Virus record (IMG/VR): IMGVR_UViG_3300044266_000226
Location: 1-35,608 of that record
From: a virus
Lineage: Duplodnaviria > Caudoviricetes
DNA: 35,608 bases
Direction: 5' to 3' (one strand)
This document shows, one piece after another, positions 1 to 8,597 of this stretch (positions are counted from its first letter, which is position 1; every line of letters starts with the position of its first letter). The notes beneath the pieces are model-generated. The model did not search any database and had not been told where the DNA came from. It saw only the letters and a program-made list of their open reading frames with translations. The position numbers and the translations under genes were made by a program.

Positions 1-1
1 A

Positions 2-289
2 AAGGTAATTTGTGTACATGACCATTATGCCAAATCTTGTGAATTTCCTGGTTGGCGGTATTCTACCAACTTCAATCAGAATCTTTACCACATTATGACT
101 GCCGAGACCTTTATTGGTGGTGATACTGGTACTAGCCACTTTGCTTGGTCACTTGACAGAGGACCAGCAAATCTGTTATACTATAACTCTGGTCGTGGTT
201 TGATGCATTGTTTACCATTTTATCTGTTAGAAGGTAAAGGTAAACTGATTAAGTATTGGTTAGATTTAGAAGGTACAACATGGCAGTAA
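2..289 (+). CDS. 5'-truncated glycosyltransferase-like protein (GT9/heptosyltransferase-like C-terminus)
   Basis: Frame open from window start to TAA at 287-289; FIGGDTGTSHFAWSL resembles the GT9 motif (V/I)GxDSGxxHxAxAL. Confidence 0.55.
   Translation, partial: KVICVHDHYAKSCEFPGWRYSTNFNQNLYHIMTAETFIGGDTGTSHFAWSLDRGPANLLYYNSGRGLMHCLPFYLLEGKGKLIKYWLDLEGTTWQ
153..182 (+). promoter_or_regulatory. sigma70-type promoter with extended -10
   Basis: TTGACA (153-158), 18 bp, TATACT (177-182) preceded by TGn; about 100 bp upstream of the HAD/NTase gene. Confidence 0.6.
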
Positions 290-1662
290 ATAAATTAGTT
301 ATATTTGACCTTGATGGTGTTTTAATGGATAGTAGAGAGCTTCACTACGAAGCTCTAAATCGTGCCATCAAAGAAGTAACTGATTCTTACAATTATACTA
401 TCAGCCGTGAAGAACACCTATCAAAATATGATGGTCTAAACACAACCAAAAAACTCCAGATGCTTACACAAGATAAAGGTTTGCATGTTGATTGGTATGA
501 TGATATCTGGCAAGAAAAACAAAGACAAACATTTGAACTGATACCTACTGCACCGAAAAATCCTGACATTATCAAAATAATGCACAATCTGAACGCAAAA
601 GGATGGAAGATTGCTGTTGCGTCTAATAGTATCCGTGAGACAGTAAAGTTATCTTTGTTGTGTATGGATGTTTTAAATTATGTTGATTACTTTGTCAGTA
701 ACGAGGATGTATTCAACCCAAAACCATTTCCAGAAATGTATTGGAAATGTATGACTGCAATGAAGGCATTACCTAAGACCACTATCATTGTAGAAGATTC
801 ACATATTGGTCGTGAAGGTGCATTGAACTCTGGTGCTCATCTGTATCCAGTTAAAGATGCTTATGACTTAAATGCGGATGATTTTTTGGAATATGTGAAT
901 GAGTTTGAAAGTCACGGACATAAAAAGACTGTACCTTGGAGAAATAAAAAAATGAATGTATTGATTCCTATGGCCGGTGCTGGTAGTAGATTTGCTGCAG
1001 CAGGTTATACTTTTCCAAAACCATTGATTGAAGTTAATGGTAAACCAATGATTCAAGTTGTTGTAGATAACCTGAATGTTGATGCACATTTCATTTTCAT
1101 CTGTCAAAAAGAACATTATGAAAAATATAATCTACAATCAGTTTTAAATCTCATCGCACCAGGTTGTGATATCGTACAGGTTGATGGTCTAACCGAAGGT
1201 GCTGCATGTACAACATTGTTGGCCAAAGAATTAATTAATAATGATGAACCTTTATTGATGGCCAACTCAGACCAGTTCGTTGAATGGAATTCTAATGAAT
1301 GTTTATATGCCTTTACTGCTGATTCTATTGACGGAGGTATCGTAACATTCCAAGCAACACATCCTAAATGGTCTTTCGCCAAACTAGGTGAAGATGGTTT
1401 TGTATCAGAAGTTGCAGAGAAGAATCCTATCTCTGACATGGCTACAGTAGGCATCTACTACTGGAAGAAAGGTTCTGACTATGTTAAGTATGCAGAACAA
1501 ATGATTGAGAAGAATATTCGTACCAACAATGAGTTCTATGTTTGTCCAGTATTTAACGAAGCGATTGGTGATGGCAAAAAGATTCGTGTTAAGAATATTG
1601 AAAAAATGTGGGGAATTGGAACACCAGAAGATTTAAATTACTTTTTGGAACATTATAAATGA
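280..1662 (+). CDS. Fusion of HAD-family phosphatase and sugar-nucleotidyltransferase (GT-A, BcbE-like)
   Basis: N-terminal FDLDGVLMD, KP and VEDSHIG HAD motifs; C-terminal IPMAGAGSRF...PKPLIEVNGKPM and GTPEDL NTP-transferase motifs; ATG 280 preferred over TTG 256. Confidence 0.9.
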   Translation: MAVNKLVIFDLDGVLMDSRELHYEALNRAIKEVTDSYNYTISREEHLSKYDGLNTTKKLQMLTQDKGLHVDWYDDIWQEKQRQTFELIPTAPKNPDIIKIMHNLNAKGWKIAVASNSIRETVKLSLLCMDVLNYVDYFVSNEDVFNPKPFPEMYWKCMTAMKALPKTTIIVEDSHIGREGALNSGAHLYPVKDAYDLNADDFLEYVNEFESHGHKKTVPWRNKKMNVLIPMAGAGSRFAAAGYTFPKPLIEVNGKPMIQVVVDNLNVDAHFIFICQKEHYEKYNLQSVLNLIAPGCDIVQVDGLTEGAACTTLLAKELINNDEPLLMANSDQFVEWNSNECLYAFTADSIDGGIVTFQATHPKWSFAKLGEDGFVSEVAEKNPISDMATVGIYYWKKGSDYVKYAEQMIEKNIRTNNEFYVCPVFNEAIGDGKKIRVKNIEKMWGIGTPEDLNYFLEHYK

Positions 1663-2372
1663 GAAAAGCGATAATGATTGTTGGGAATTATAGAACTTGG
1701 AACGAAACAAAGCCAAGTTTTATAAAACAATTTGGTGATATTGATACATTTATCTGTTCATATGATTTGAGATACAACTACCATCCTCACGGTTGGGGTG
1801 TAACTGATAGAAATGAAGAAATTGTTTCCGAGAATACTTGGATTGAATCTTTGTCTGGTATCAATGTGAAGTTGGCCAATTTTGAACAATTCTCAAAAGT
1901 AGATGAGGTAATACGAGCCGAACTATCAAAGATAAAATTGAACATACCTGAAAACGCTTACCAGTCTTATGGTCAATATCGTAAGTTCAAGATTGCAACT
2001 GATATGGTACAACAGTATGAACAACAGAACAATTTTAAATACGATATGTTGATTCGTACTCGGTTTGATTTGGTATATCAAGATGAACCTATCGCATTCG
2101 ATATTCAAGAAAATGAAATGGGATATCATCACGGTACAGGCCCAGCCGATGCTTTACCTGGTGACCAGTTTTTCTTTGCAAAAAGAGATAACATGATTAA
2201 GATGTCCGAGTTTATGTTTAATGAGTTTTATAATCCTATCTACGAAGATAGTCACCTGTGTCCACCACATGGTATATTACAAAATGCTCTTAAACATAAC
2301 AATATGACTAAAGTAAACCGTAATGCAGTTAAACATTTATTAAGAAAGAATGGGATAGAATTATTACTATGA
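1659..2372 (+). CDS. Glycosyltransferase-like protein
   Basis: YDMLIRTRFDL motif typical of polysaccharide-cluster GT-like proteins; translationally coupled in the sugar cluster. Confidence 0.55.
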   Translation: MRKAIMIVGNYRTWNETKPSFIKQFGDIDTFICSYDLRYNYHPHGWGVTDRNEEIVSENTWIESLSGINVKLANFEQFSKVDEVIRAELSKIKLNIPENAYQSYGQYRKFKIATDMVQQYEQQNNFKYDMLIRTRFDLVYQDEPIAFDIQENEMGYHHGTGPADALPGDQFFFAKRDNMIKMSEFMFNEFYNPIYEDSHLCPPHGILQNALKHNNMTKVNRNAVKHLLRKNGIELLL

Positions 2373-3070
2373 CAAATCTATACAATGACAATTCGGACAT
2401 ACAAAAAAATCAGGGCATGTATGACAGTTATAACAACTTTATCTTTAGTAACGATAGAGTGGTGTTTAACAAGTTATACAGTAAAATGTATTTCTATGAA
2501 CTGACCAAACACCTGCCTGGTGACATTGTAGAGTGTGGTGTATTCAAAGGTTCAGGTTTATTGGCATGGTTAAAGATTTTGGCCATGAATGAACCCAATA
2601 GTATTAAGAAGGTTCTTGGTTATGATTTCTTTGACCCAAGTTTTGTTGATGGTATGAAAACTGGTGTTGATAAAGATACCATGAAACAAGTTTTCACAAG
2701 AGATAAAAATCTAGTTACGGATGATGTATCATATGATGGAATTTACAATAAAATTATTAATGCTGGTTTTGATTCTTCTAAATTTGAATTGGTCAAGGGT
2801 GATATTATCGAGACCTCACAGAACACAGTAGAAGAAAAACCGGGTCTTAGAATTAGTATATTGTATTTGGATATGGACTTAGACAAACCAACTTATGCAG
2901 CACTTAAAACATTTTGGAATAATATTGTACCTGGTGGTATAATCGTATTTGATGAGTATGCTTATCACAGTTGGAGTGAATCTAATGGTGCTGATGATTT
3001 TATCAAAGAAATGGGTTTGACATTACATACAACAGGTATTAAAGCACCAACAGCATATATTATTAAATGA
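2369..3070 (+). CDS. TylF/MycF-family SAM-dependent O-methyltransferase
   Basis: PGDIVECGVFKG, LYLDMDL, PGGIIVFDEY motifs. Confidence 0.85.
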   Translation: MTNLYNDNSDIQKNQGMYDSYNNFIFSNDRVVFNKLYSKMYFYELTKHLPGDIVECGVFKGSGLLAWLKILAMNEPNSIKKVLGYDFFDPSFVDGMKTGVDKDTMKQVFTRDKNLVTDDVSYDGIYNKIINAGFDSSKFELVKGDIIETSQNTVEEKPGLRISILYLDMDLDKPTYAALKTFWNNIVPGGIIVFDEYAYHSWSESNGADDFIKEMGLTLHTTGIKAPTAYIIK

Positions 3071-3516
3071 GATACATAGCGCATCGTGGTCTATATGAAG
3101 GACCAGATAAAGACAAAGAAAACAATCCAGCACAAATCAATCATGCAATATGGAAAGGATTTGATGTTGAGATTGATGTTTGGTTTATTGATAATCAATG
3201 GTATCTTGGCCACGATGAACCTACCTATAAAATAAATTATAATTTTATAGAAGATCCTAGGTTCTGGATTCATGCAAAAAATCTGGAGGCTTTGTATGTT
3301 TTGGGTGCTGATAATAAATTAAATTATTTTTGGCACCAGAATGACGATTTCACATTAACTTCTCATGGTTTTATTTGGACATACCCCAATAAGCCATTAA
3401 CCAAAGATAGTATTTGTGTACTGCCAGAATGGAACAATGATATTTCCAAGACTTTTAAACCGGACTGTTATGGAATTTGTTCGGATTTTGTCGGAACTAT
3501 CGCCTATGTATCATAG
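3067..3516 (+). CDS. Small glycerophosphodiester phosphodiesterase/PLC-like protein
   Basis: IAHRG...EN, VEIDVW, LGHD, WIHAK, GICSD motifs. Confidence 0.75.
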   Translation: MRYIAHRGLYEGPDKDKENNPAQINHAIWKGFDVEIDVWFIDNQWYLGHDEPTYKINYNFIEDPRFWIHAKNLEALYVLGADNKLNYFWHQNDDFTLTSHGFIWTYPNKPLTKDSICVLPEWNNDISKTFKPDCYGICSDFVGTIAYVS

Positions 3517-3557
3517 CCAATGTTTCTACGGTTTATTACTGAAATATTAAAAGTTGG

Positions 3558-3564
3558 ATAAATA
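3558..3564 (+). promoter_or_regulatory. T4-like late promoter (ATAAATA)
   Basis: GATAAATA in the intergenic gap before the 3621 gene. Confidence 0.6.
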
Positions 3565-3620
3565 AGTCCAAATTCACTCTTTTTTAGTAACCATAGTGTG
3601 TTACATCTTAAAAGGAACTC

Positions 3621-4802
3621 ATGTATTCGTTTAAAACATATCTGAAAGAAGAAGCTGGTGCCGATGACGGCAAACTCAAGCATATTCACCATGCTGAGGA
3701 TAGACCACTTTTCCATGGCGCAAAAGGTTTTGAACATGCCAAAGGTGCTTTAAATCAAGCACATGAACACATGAAGTCCGGCAGTAAATCCACACACCTA
3801 ACCATGAAGTATGATGGTAGTCCTGCTTTAGTATTTGGACATCATCCTGAAACCGGTAAGTTCTTTGTGGCAAGTAAGTCTGCTTTCAATAAGAATCCAA
3901 AGATTAACTATACTCACGAAGATATCAAGAAGAACCATGGACACGCACCTGGTCTCATGGACAAACTCCATGCGTCATTGAATCACCTCAAGAAGATTGC
4001 ACCCAAAACTGGTGTATATCAAGGGGATTTGATGTATACCCATGATGACTTAAAACACCATAAGAATGGTAAAGTTTCTTTTACTCCTAATACCATCACC
4101 TATACAGGTCACGGTGAAGAAGGACAAAAGATTAAAGATTCAAAGATAGGTATTGTGGTACACACACAATATCATGGAAAGACTGCTTCTACAATGAAAG
4201 CGGATCCACATCCAGATTTACATAATTTCAAAGTTCATCCTGATGTGTGGACAAAACATCCAGAACACGATACTAAGAATATACATTATTCTGAAAATGA
4301 CCAAAATGAGTTCCATAAACATATGGCATCAGCTCAAAAAATACATGATACACATAAAAAGACCATGTATAAAAATACTTTACCTCATGCAGGTGAAGCT
4401 GGTCATTTGGCAACCTATATTAATCAAACAGTTAGAACAGATGAGAAACCTTCTACTGAAGGATTGAAACAACACATTGCTGACAAGATTAATAAATCAG
4501 CTGAGAAACTAAAAACTTCAGCATCTAAAGGTCGTAAACAAGCAGAATTAAATGCTCACATTAAACATATCGATACTCATAAAAAAGACTATGAGAATTT
4601 GTTGAAGATGCACAAGCATTTACAACAAGCTAAAGATGTATTGGTGCATAATCTAAATCAACATACAGGCGATTTGGAACATCACATAGATAGTAAACCA
4701 ACAGATCCAGAAGGATATGTTGTTCATCATGCTGGCGAACCAACTAAATTGGTAAACCGTAAAGAATTTGCAAAAGCTAATTTATTGAAAGTAAGAAAAT
4801 GA
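3621..4802 (+). CDS. His-rich DUF6267-like protein with ATP-dependent ligase (covalent nucleotidyltransferase) motifs; probable internal head protein
   Basis: TMKYDGSP (KxDG), YQGDLM, PEGYVV, TKLV in ligase motif order; N-terminus MYSFKTYLKEE resembles the T4 capsid-targeting sequence. Confidence 0.75.
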   Translation: MYSFKTYLKEEAGADDGKLKHIHHAEDRPLFHGAKGFEHAKGALNQAHEHMKSGSKSTHLTMKYDGSPALVFGHHPETGKFFVASKSAFNKNPKINYTHEDIKKNHGHAPGLMDKLHASLNHLKKIAPKTGVYQGDLMYTHDDLKHHKNGKVSFTPNTITYTGHGEEGQKIKDSKIGIVVHTQYHGKTASTMKADPHPDLHNFKVHPDVWTKHPEHDTKNIHYSENDQNEFHKHMASAQKIHDTHKKTMYKNTLPHAGEAGHLATYINQTVRTDEKPSTEGLKQHIADKINKSAEKLKTSASKGRKQAELNAHIKHIDTHKKDYENLLKMHKHLQQAKDVLVHNLNQHTGDLEHHIDSKPTDPEGYVVHHAGEPTKLVNRKEFAKANLLKVRK

Positions 4803-6676
4803 AATCATTCTTAGAACTAGTAGAAGAAAAAGAAACAGCCCATAAACCGGTTGTGATGGCCTTTGGCCGCATGAATCCTCCTACTACTGGTCATCTTAAA
4901 CTCATTGATAAGGTGAAACATGAAGCTGAGAAACAAGGTGCTAAACACACCGTTGTAGTATCACATTCACAAGATTCTAAAAAGAACCCATTGTCTGGCG
5001 AACAAAAGATTAAACATTTAAAACGTTATTCACCAGGCACTCATTTTGAAACTTCCAGTAAAGAACATCCAACAATTTTGCATCATGCAGCTAAGTTAAA
5101 TGCCAAAGGCCACGATAAACTAACTGTTATTGCTGGTTCTGACCGTGTCAAAGAAATGCACCATCTATTACACAAATATAATGGTGTAAAAGGTAAACAC
5201 GGTCACTACAATTTTAAAAAGATTGAAGTAAAGTCTGCTGGTCACCGTGATCCTGATGCTGAAGGTTCAGAAGGTATGTCTGGTACTAAGATGAGGGAAC
5301 ATGCGAAGAATAAAGACTTTCATTCGTTCCGTCAAGGTGTACCACACCATGTATCTGATGAACATGCAAAAGAACTCATGCACGATGTTCGTAAAGGTAT
5401 GGGACTACATGAAGATGTTGACCGTGGACAATTCAAAGCAATCTTTGTAACTGGTGGTCCAGGTTCAGGTAAAGATATCATTATTCGTGAAGCTATTGCT
5501 TCTGAGAGAGCAGTAGAATTGAACTTCACACAAGTACTTGATATTTTAAACGATAAACATAAACTGGCCATGAAATCTATGAATCCTAGATTTGAGGCTG
5601 TTCGTAGTCGTGGTCCATTAATCATTAATGGTCCAGCTGATGATATGGAAAAGATTGGCCACATCAAAGAAGAATTAGAAGAACTTGGTTATGAAACCAT
5701 GATGATTTTTGTTAATACTACTGATGAAACCAGTAAACAAAGAAACTCCAATCTAACTCGTATGATGGCCGAATCCGTAAGACAAGATAAATGGAATAAA
5801 GCACAAAAAAACATTATACAGTTTAACGAATTGTATAATAACTTGGTAACCTTTGACAACACAGGAAACCTAGATACTAAAGAAGAAGATATTAATGATA
5901 TATACCAGTTTACCAATGGTTTTTTAGATTCAGAAATAATTAATGAAACCTCATTGGATTGGTTAAAACGTAACAGACATATAATTGGAGAAAGTAATGT
6001 TAAAGGCAATTCTAAATCTATTCAGCAAAAAACAGTCGGAAGATACAACCCCTTCTTCATGCGAGCCAAAGGACCAGCAGACATCAAGCCTGACAACTCC
6101 AGAAGCATCGTTGGAGACAGAGACCAAATTAGTGGAAACACCGGTCCAAGAAAAAACACAGGAGTCGGAAGTTCAGTCACCGGCGGCGGATGGAGTGGCG
6201 CCTACGAAGAAGCAGTCCCCACGCTCAAAATCAGCCCGCAAGCCAAAGAGCCCAACTTCCAAAAAGACAACGACAAAAACAGAAGGTTAAAAAGAGGCGA
6301 TAAGTCATTAAGTGCATCTCGTGTCGGTAGACCAGATGGAGTGACCTCCACATACGACACTAGAGCAGGTGGTCAAGGCGCCGCAGCAGGCGCCGGACTT
6401 GGCCAGAACCTATACGGTGAAACACAAGAATATAGTAACGCAAGTCAGAATGGTACAGCAATGCTTGGTGCTAAATTGCAACCAAATCCATTATCTGAAA
6501 AGAAGAAAAAGAAAATGACATTTAAGGAATTCAATGGATTCCAAAATGATACCGAATCTGGACTTGGTGGTGTATTAGGTGGTGCCAGCAATAAAGAAGG
6601 CATGGATACCTATAAGGACCAAAATCGTAACATTGGCATAGAAATTAAAAAGAAGAAGAAAAATGCTAAAATTTAA
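4799..6676 (+). CDS. Cytidylyltransferase-like nucleotidyltransferase fused to a P-loop kinase (zeta/PNK-like) and low-complexity tail
   Basis: FGRMNPPTTGH, KKNPL, AGSDR, MSGTKMR; then IFVTGGPGSGKD Walker A; N-terminus MKSFLELVEE. Confidence 0.85.
   Translation: MKSFLELVEEKETAHKPVVMAFGRMNPPTTGHLKLIDKVKHEAEKQGAKHTVVVSHSQDSKKNPLSGEQKIKHLKRYSPGTHFETSSKEHPTILHHAAKLNAKGHDKLTVIAGSDRVKEMHHLLHKYNGVKGKHGHYNFKKIEVKSAGHRDPDAEGSEGMSGTKMREHAKNKDFHSFRQGVPHHVSDEHAKELMHDVRKGMGLHEDVDRGQFKAIFVTGGPGSGKDIIIREAIASERAVELNFTQVLDILNDKHKLAMKSMNPRFEAVRSRGPLIINGPADDMEKIGHIKEELEELGYETMMIFVNTTDETSKQRNSNLTRMMAESVRQDKWNKAQKNIIQFNELYNNLVTFDNTGNLDTKEEDINDIYQFTNGFLDSEIINETSLDWLKRNRHIIGESNVKGNSKSIQQKTVGRYNPFFMRAKGPADIKPDNSRSIVGDRDQISGNTGPRKNTGVGSSVTGGGWSGAYEEAVPTLKISPQAKEPNFQKDNDKNRRLKRGDKSLSASRVGRPDGVTSTYDTRAGGQGAAAGAGLGQNLYGETQEYSNASQNGTAMLGAKLQPNPLSEKKKKKMTFKEFNGFQNDTESGLGGVLGGASNKEGMDTYKDQNRNIGIEIKKKKKNAKI
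5997..6290 (+). CDS. Candidate nested (+1 frame) 97-aa protein
   Basis: GGAG 6 nt before ATG; MLKAILNLFSKK amphipathic start, E/T/P-rich middle, K/R-rich tail. Confidence 0.55.
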   Translation: MLKAILNLFSKKQSEDTTPSSCEPKDQQTSSLTTPEASLETETKLVETPVQEKTQESEVQSPAADGVAPTKKQSPRSKSARKPKSPTSKKTTTKTEG

Positions 6677-7076
6677 AATTTTTGTAGAAGAAGTTGAAGC
6701 AGAAGAACTCTTTGACGAAATCGAATATGTAGTCAACGGTATTGCTGAAGAAAACCAACTTGATCCAGAAGTTCTTTGGGAAAATCTTGAAGATGTAACC
6801 GATGAAGAACTTTATGAGACTGCAGCTTGGCGTAGAAAAGAAGGCAAGAGTGCTTCCGGCGGTTTAAATCGTAAAGGCATCATGTCTTATCGTAGAGAAA
6901 ACCCAGGTTCCAAATTAAAAATGGCTGTTACTGGTAAAGTAAAACCTGGAAGTAAAGCAGCTAAACGCCGTAAATCATTTTGTGCTCGTATGTCCGGTAT
7001 GAAAGGACCTATGAAGAAGCCAAATGGAAAACCAACAAGAAAAGCACTAGCATTACGCAAGTGGAAATGCAGATAA
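6663..7076 (+). CDS. DUF6321-like protein, acidic N-half and basic C-half; probable internal head protein
   Basis: AAWRRKEGK...GGLNRKG...RRKSFCARM...KWKC module familiar from T4-like phages; MLKFKIFVEE start. Confidence 0.7.
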   Translation: MLKFKIFVEEVEAEELFDEIEYVVNGIAEENQLDPEVLWENLEDVTDEELYETAAWRRKEGKSASGGLNRKGIMSYRRENPGSKLKMAVTGKVKPGSKAAKRRKSFCARMSGMKGPMKKPNGKPTRKALALRKWKCR

Positions 7077-7100
7077 GAACAATAAAAACAGGAGAATAAA

Positions 7101-8588
7101 ATGTTCGGTCCAAGTAAAGTATCTAAATCCTTAATTGATGCAGTATCTAAAATTATGGAAGATAAAAGCGTTGAAGAAACTCAACCAACTCAAGTAGAAG
7201 AAGCTGCTGAGAAAGTAGTTACCCCTACAGGTATGAAAGTGTATGGTTCAAGTTATGGTAATTCTGCCAAGGCTCGTAGAGACCAAACTAAATCTTCTGT
7301 TGATGATGTTAAAGAACCAACGAAAAAAGATATTGAAAAAGATTCAGCACATTATGTGAAGGATACTGGTCAAAAAAGAAATTATAAAGTTCATGCTGGA
7401 AGATATTTTTCAAATACGGAAAAAGGATTGCCATCTAAAGGTAAAGAAGAACCTCGTTATAAAAATGAAGAAGTAAAACATGATGATGAGAAAGAAGATA
7501 AAGCTCTCATCAAGAAAATGGTTGATAAGTCTTGCTTGAAAAAAGAAGAAGATGAAACTGTTACATTGTCATTCAAAGACCGTTTAATTGGTCGTTTACA
7601 AGAAGCTAAATCTTCTGGTACAGAAGAAATCTTTACTGACAACAATCTCGGCGAAGAAGAAATGACCGACAAACAAAAAGCAAAGCGTGAAAAGATTGTT
7701 ATGTCTATGAAAAAAGGTGAAGCTGGTTTCAAACAACGCTACGGTAAAAACTGGAAGAATGTAATATATGCTACTGCTACTAAGCAAGCAATGAAAGAAG
7801 AAATGGTTGCAGAAGAAGATTTGGATGAAAGTGATGATGTTATCAATAAACAACGCAAAGATGACATGACAAAAGCTATGAAACACATGGGATTAAATGG
7901 CCGCCAGATTAAATATCGTCATAAACAAATGGATGATGCAGGAAAGGCAGCTGCCGGTAAAAAACAAAATGAAGAAGTAGAGTTGGATGAAGCAACTCCA
8001 GCAAAGAATACTGATGTTGCTGATAAATCTTATTTGAAACACAAACCAGGTACAGTTAAAGGTCAATTGACACAAATTGGTCGTTTTCTCCGTGGTAAAC
8101 CAGAAATCAAAGAAGATGTTGAAGTGCAAGTTGATAAAGCTGGAGACAAAATCACAACAGATATGTTGAGTGGTCGTGTTAAAGGTGGGAAAGTAAATTC
8201 ATTTAAGAATTACAAAGTGGATTTGAAATCCAGCGGAGAAGAACCAGTTCCTAAATCTGTTGACAAAGGTGAAGATACAAGAGAAAAACAAAAGATTACT
8301 ACTAATCCTGGTCCAGTAGATGTTAAGTTTGATGACAAATTGGGACATCCAACTCCACAATCTCATTTTTCTAATGAACATCAAATTACACACGAATCTG
8401 TGCAAATGGATGAAAAAGTAATTGCTGGAACTCCTGGTTGGGAAAAAGTTAAAGGTGCCGATACTAAAGGTAATGTTAAAGATAAATCTGGTGCAGTACA
8501 TACACCAATGAGCCGTGCTCGTGATTTGGCTCGTAAATCTTTTGCTAAGTTGAAAAATGAAACGATGATGGGTAAAATTTCTAACTAA
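7101..8588 (+). CDS. K/E-rich modular internal head (core-like) protein
   Basis: AGGAG RBS; hydrophilic; many hydrophobic-X-E motifs (VEE, LQE, MKE, LDE, IKE). Confidence 0.7.
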   Translation: MFGPSKVSKSLIDAVSKIMEDKSVEETQPTQVEEAAEKVVTPTGMKVYGSSYGNSAKARRDQTKSSVDDVKEPTKKDIEKDSAHYVKDTGQKRNYKVHAGRYFSNTEKGLPSKGKEEPRYKNEEVKHDDEKEDKALIKKMVDKSCLKKEEDETVTLSFKDRLIGRLQEAKSSGTEEIFTDNNLGEEEMTDKQKAKREKIVMSMKKGEAGFKQRYGKNWKNVIYATATKQAMKEEMVAEEDLDESDDVINKQRKDDMTKAMKHMGLNGRQIKYRHKQMDDAGKAAAGKKQNEEVELDEATPAKNTDVADKSYLKHKPGTVKGQLTQIGRFLRGKPEIKEDVEVQVDKAGDKITTDMLSGRVKGGKVNSFKNYKVDLKSSGEEPVPKSVDKGEDTREKQKITTNPGPVDVKFDDKLGHPTPQSHFSNEHQITHESVQMDEKVIAGTPGWEKVKGADTKGNVKDKSGAVHTPMSRARDLARKSFAKLKNETMMGKISN

Positions 8589-8597
8589 GAGAAACAA

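Noticed and set aside
3554-3571. TTGGA/TCCAA stem around the late promoter
   Set aside because: Only 5 bp; expected by chance
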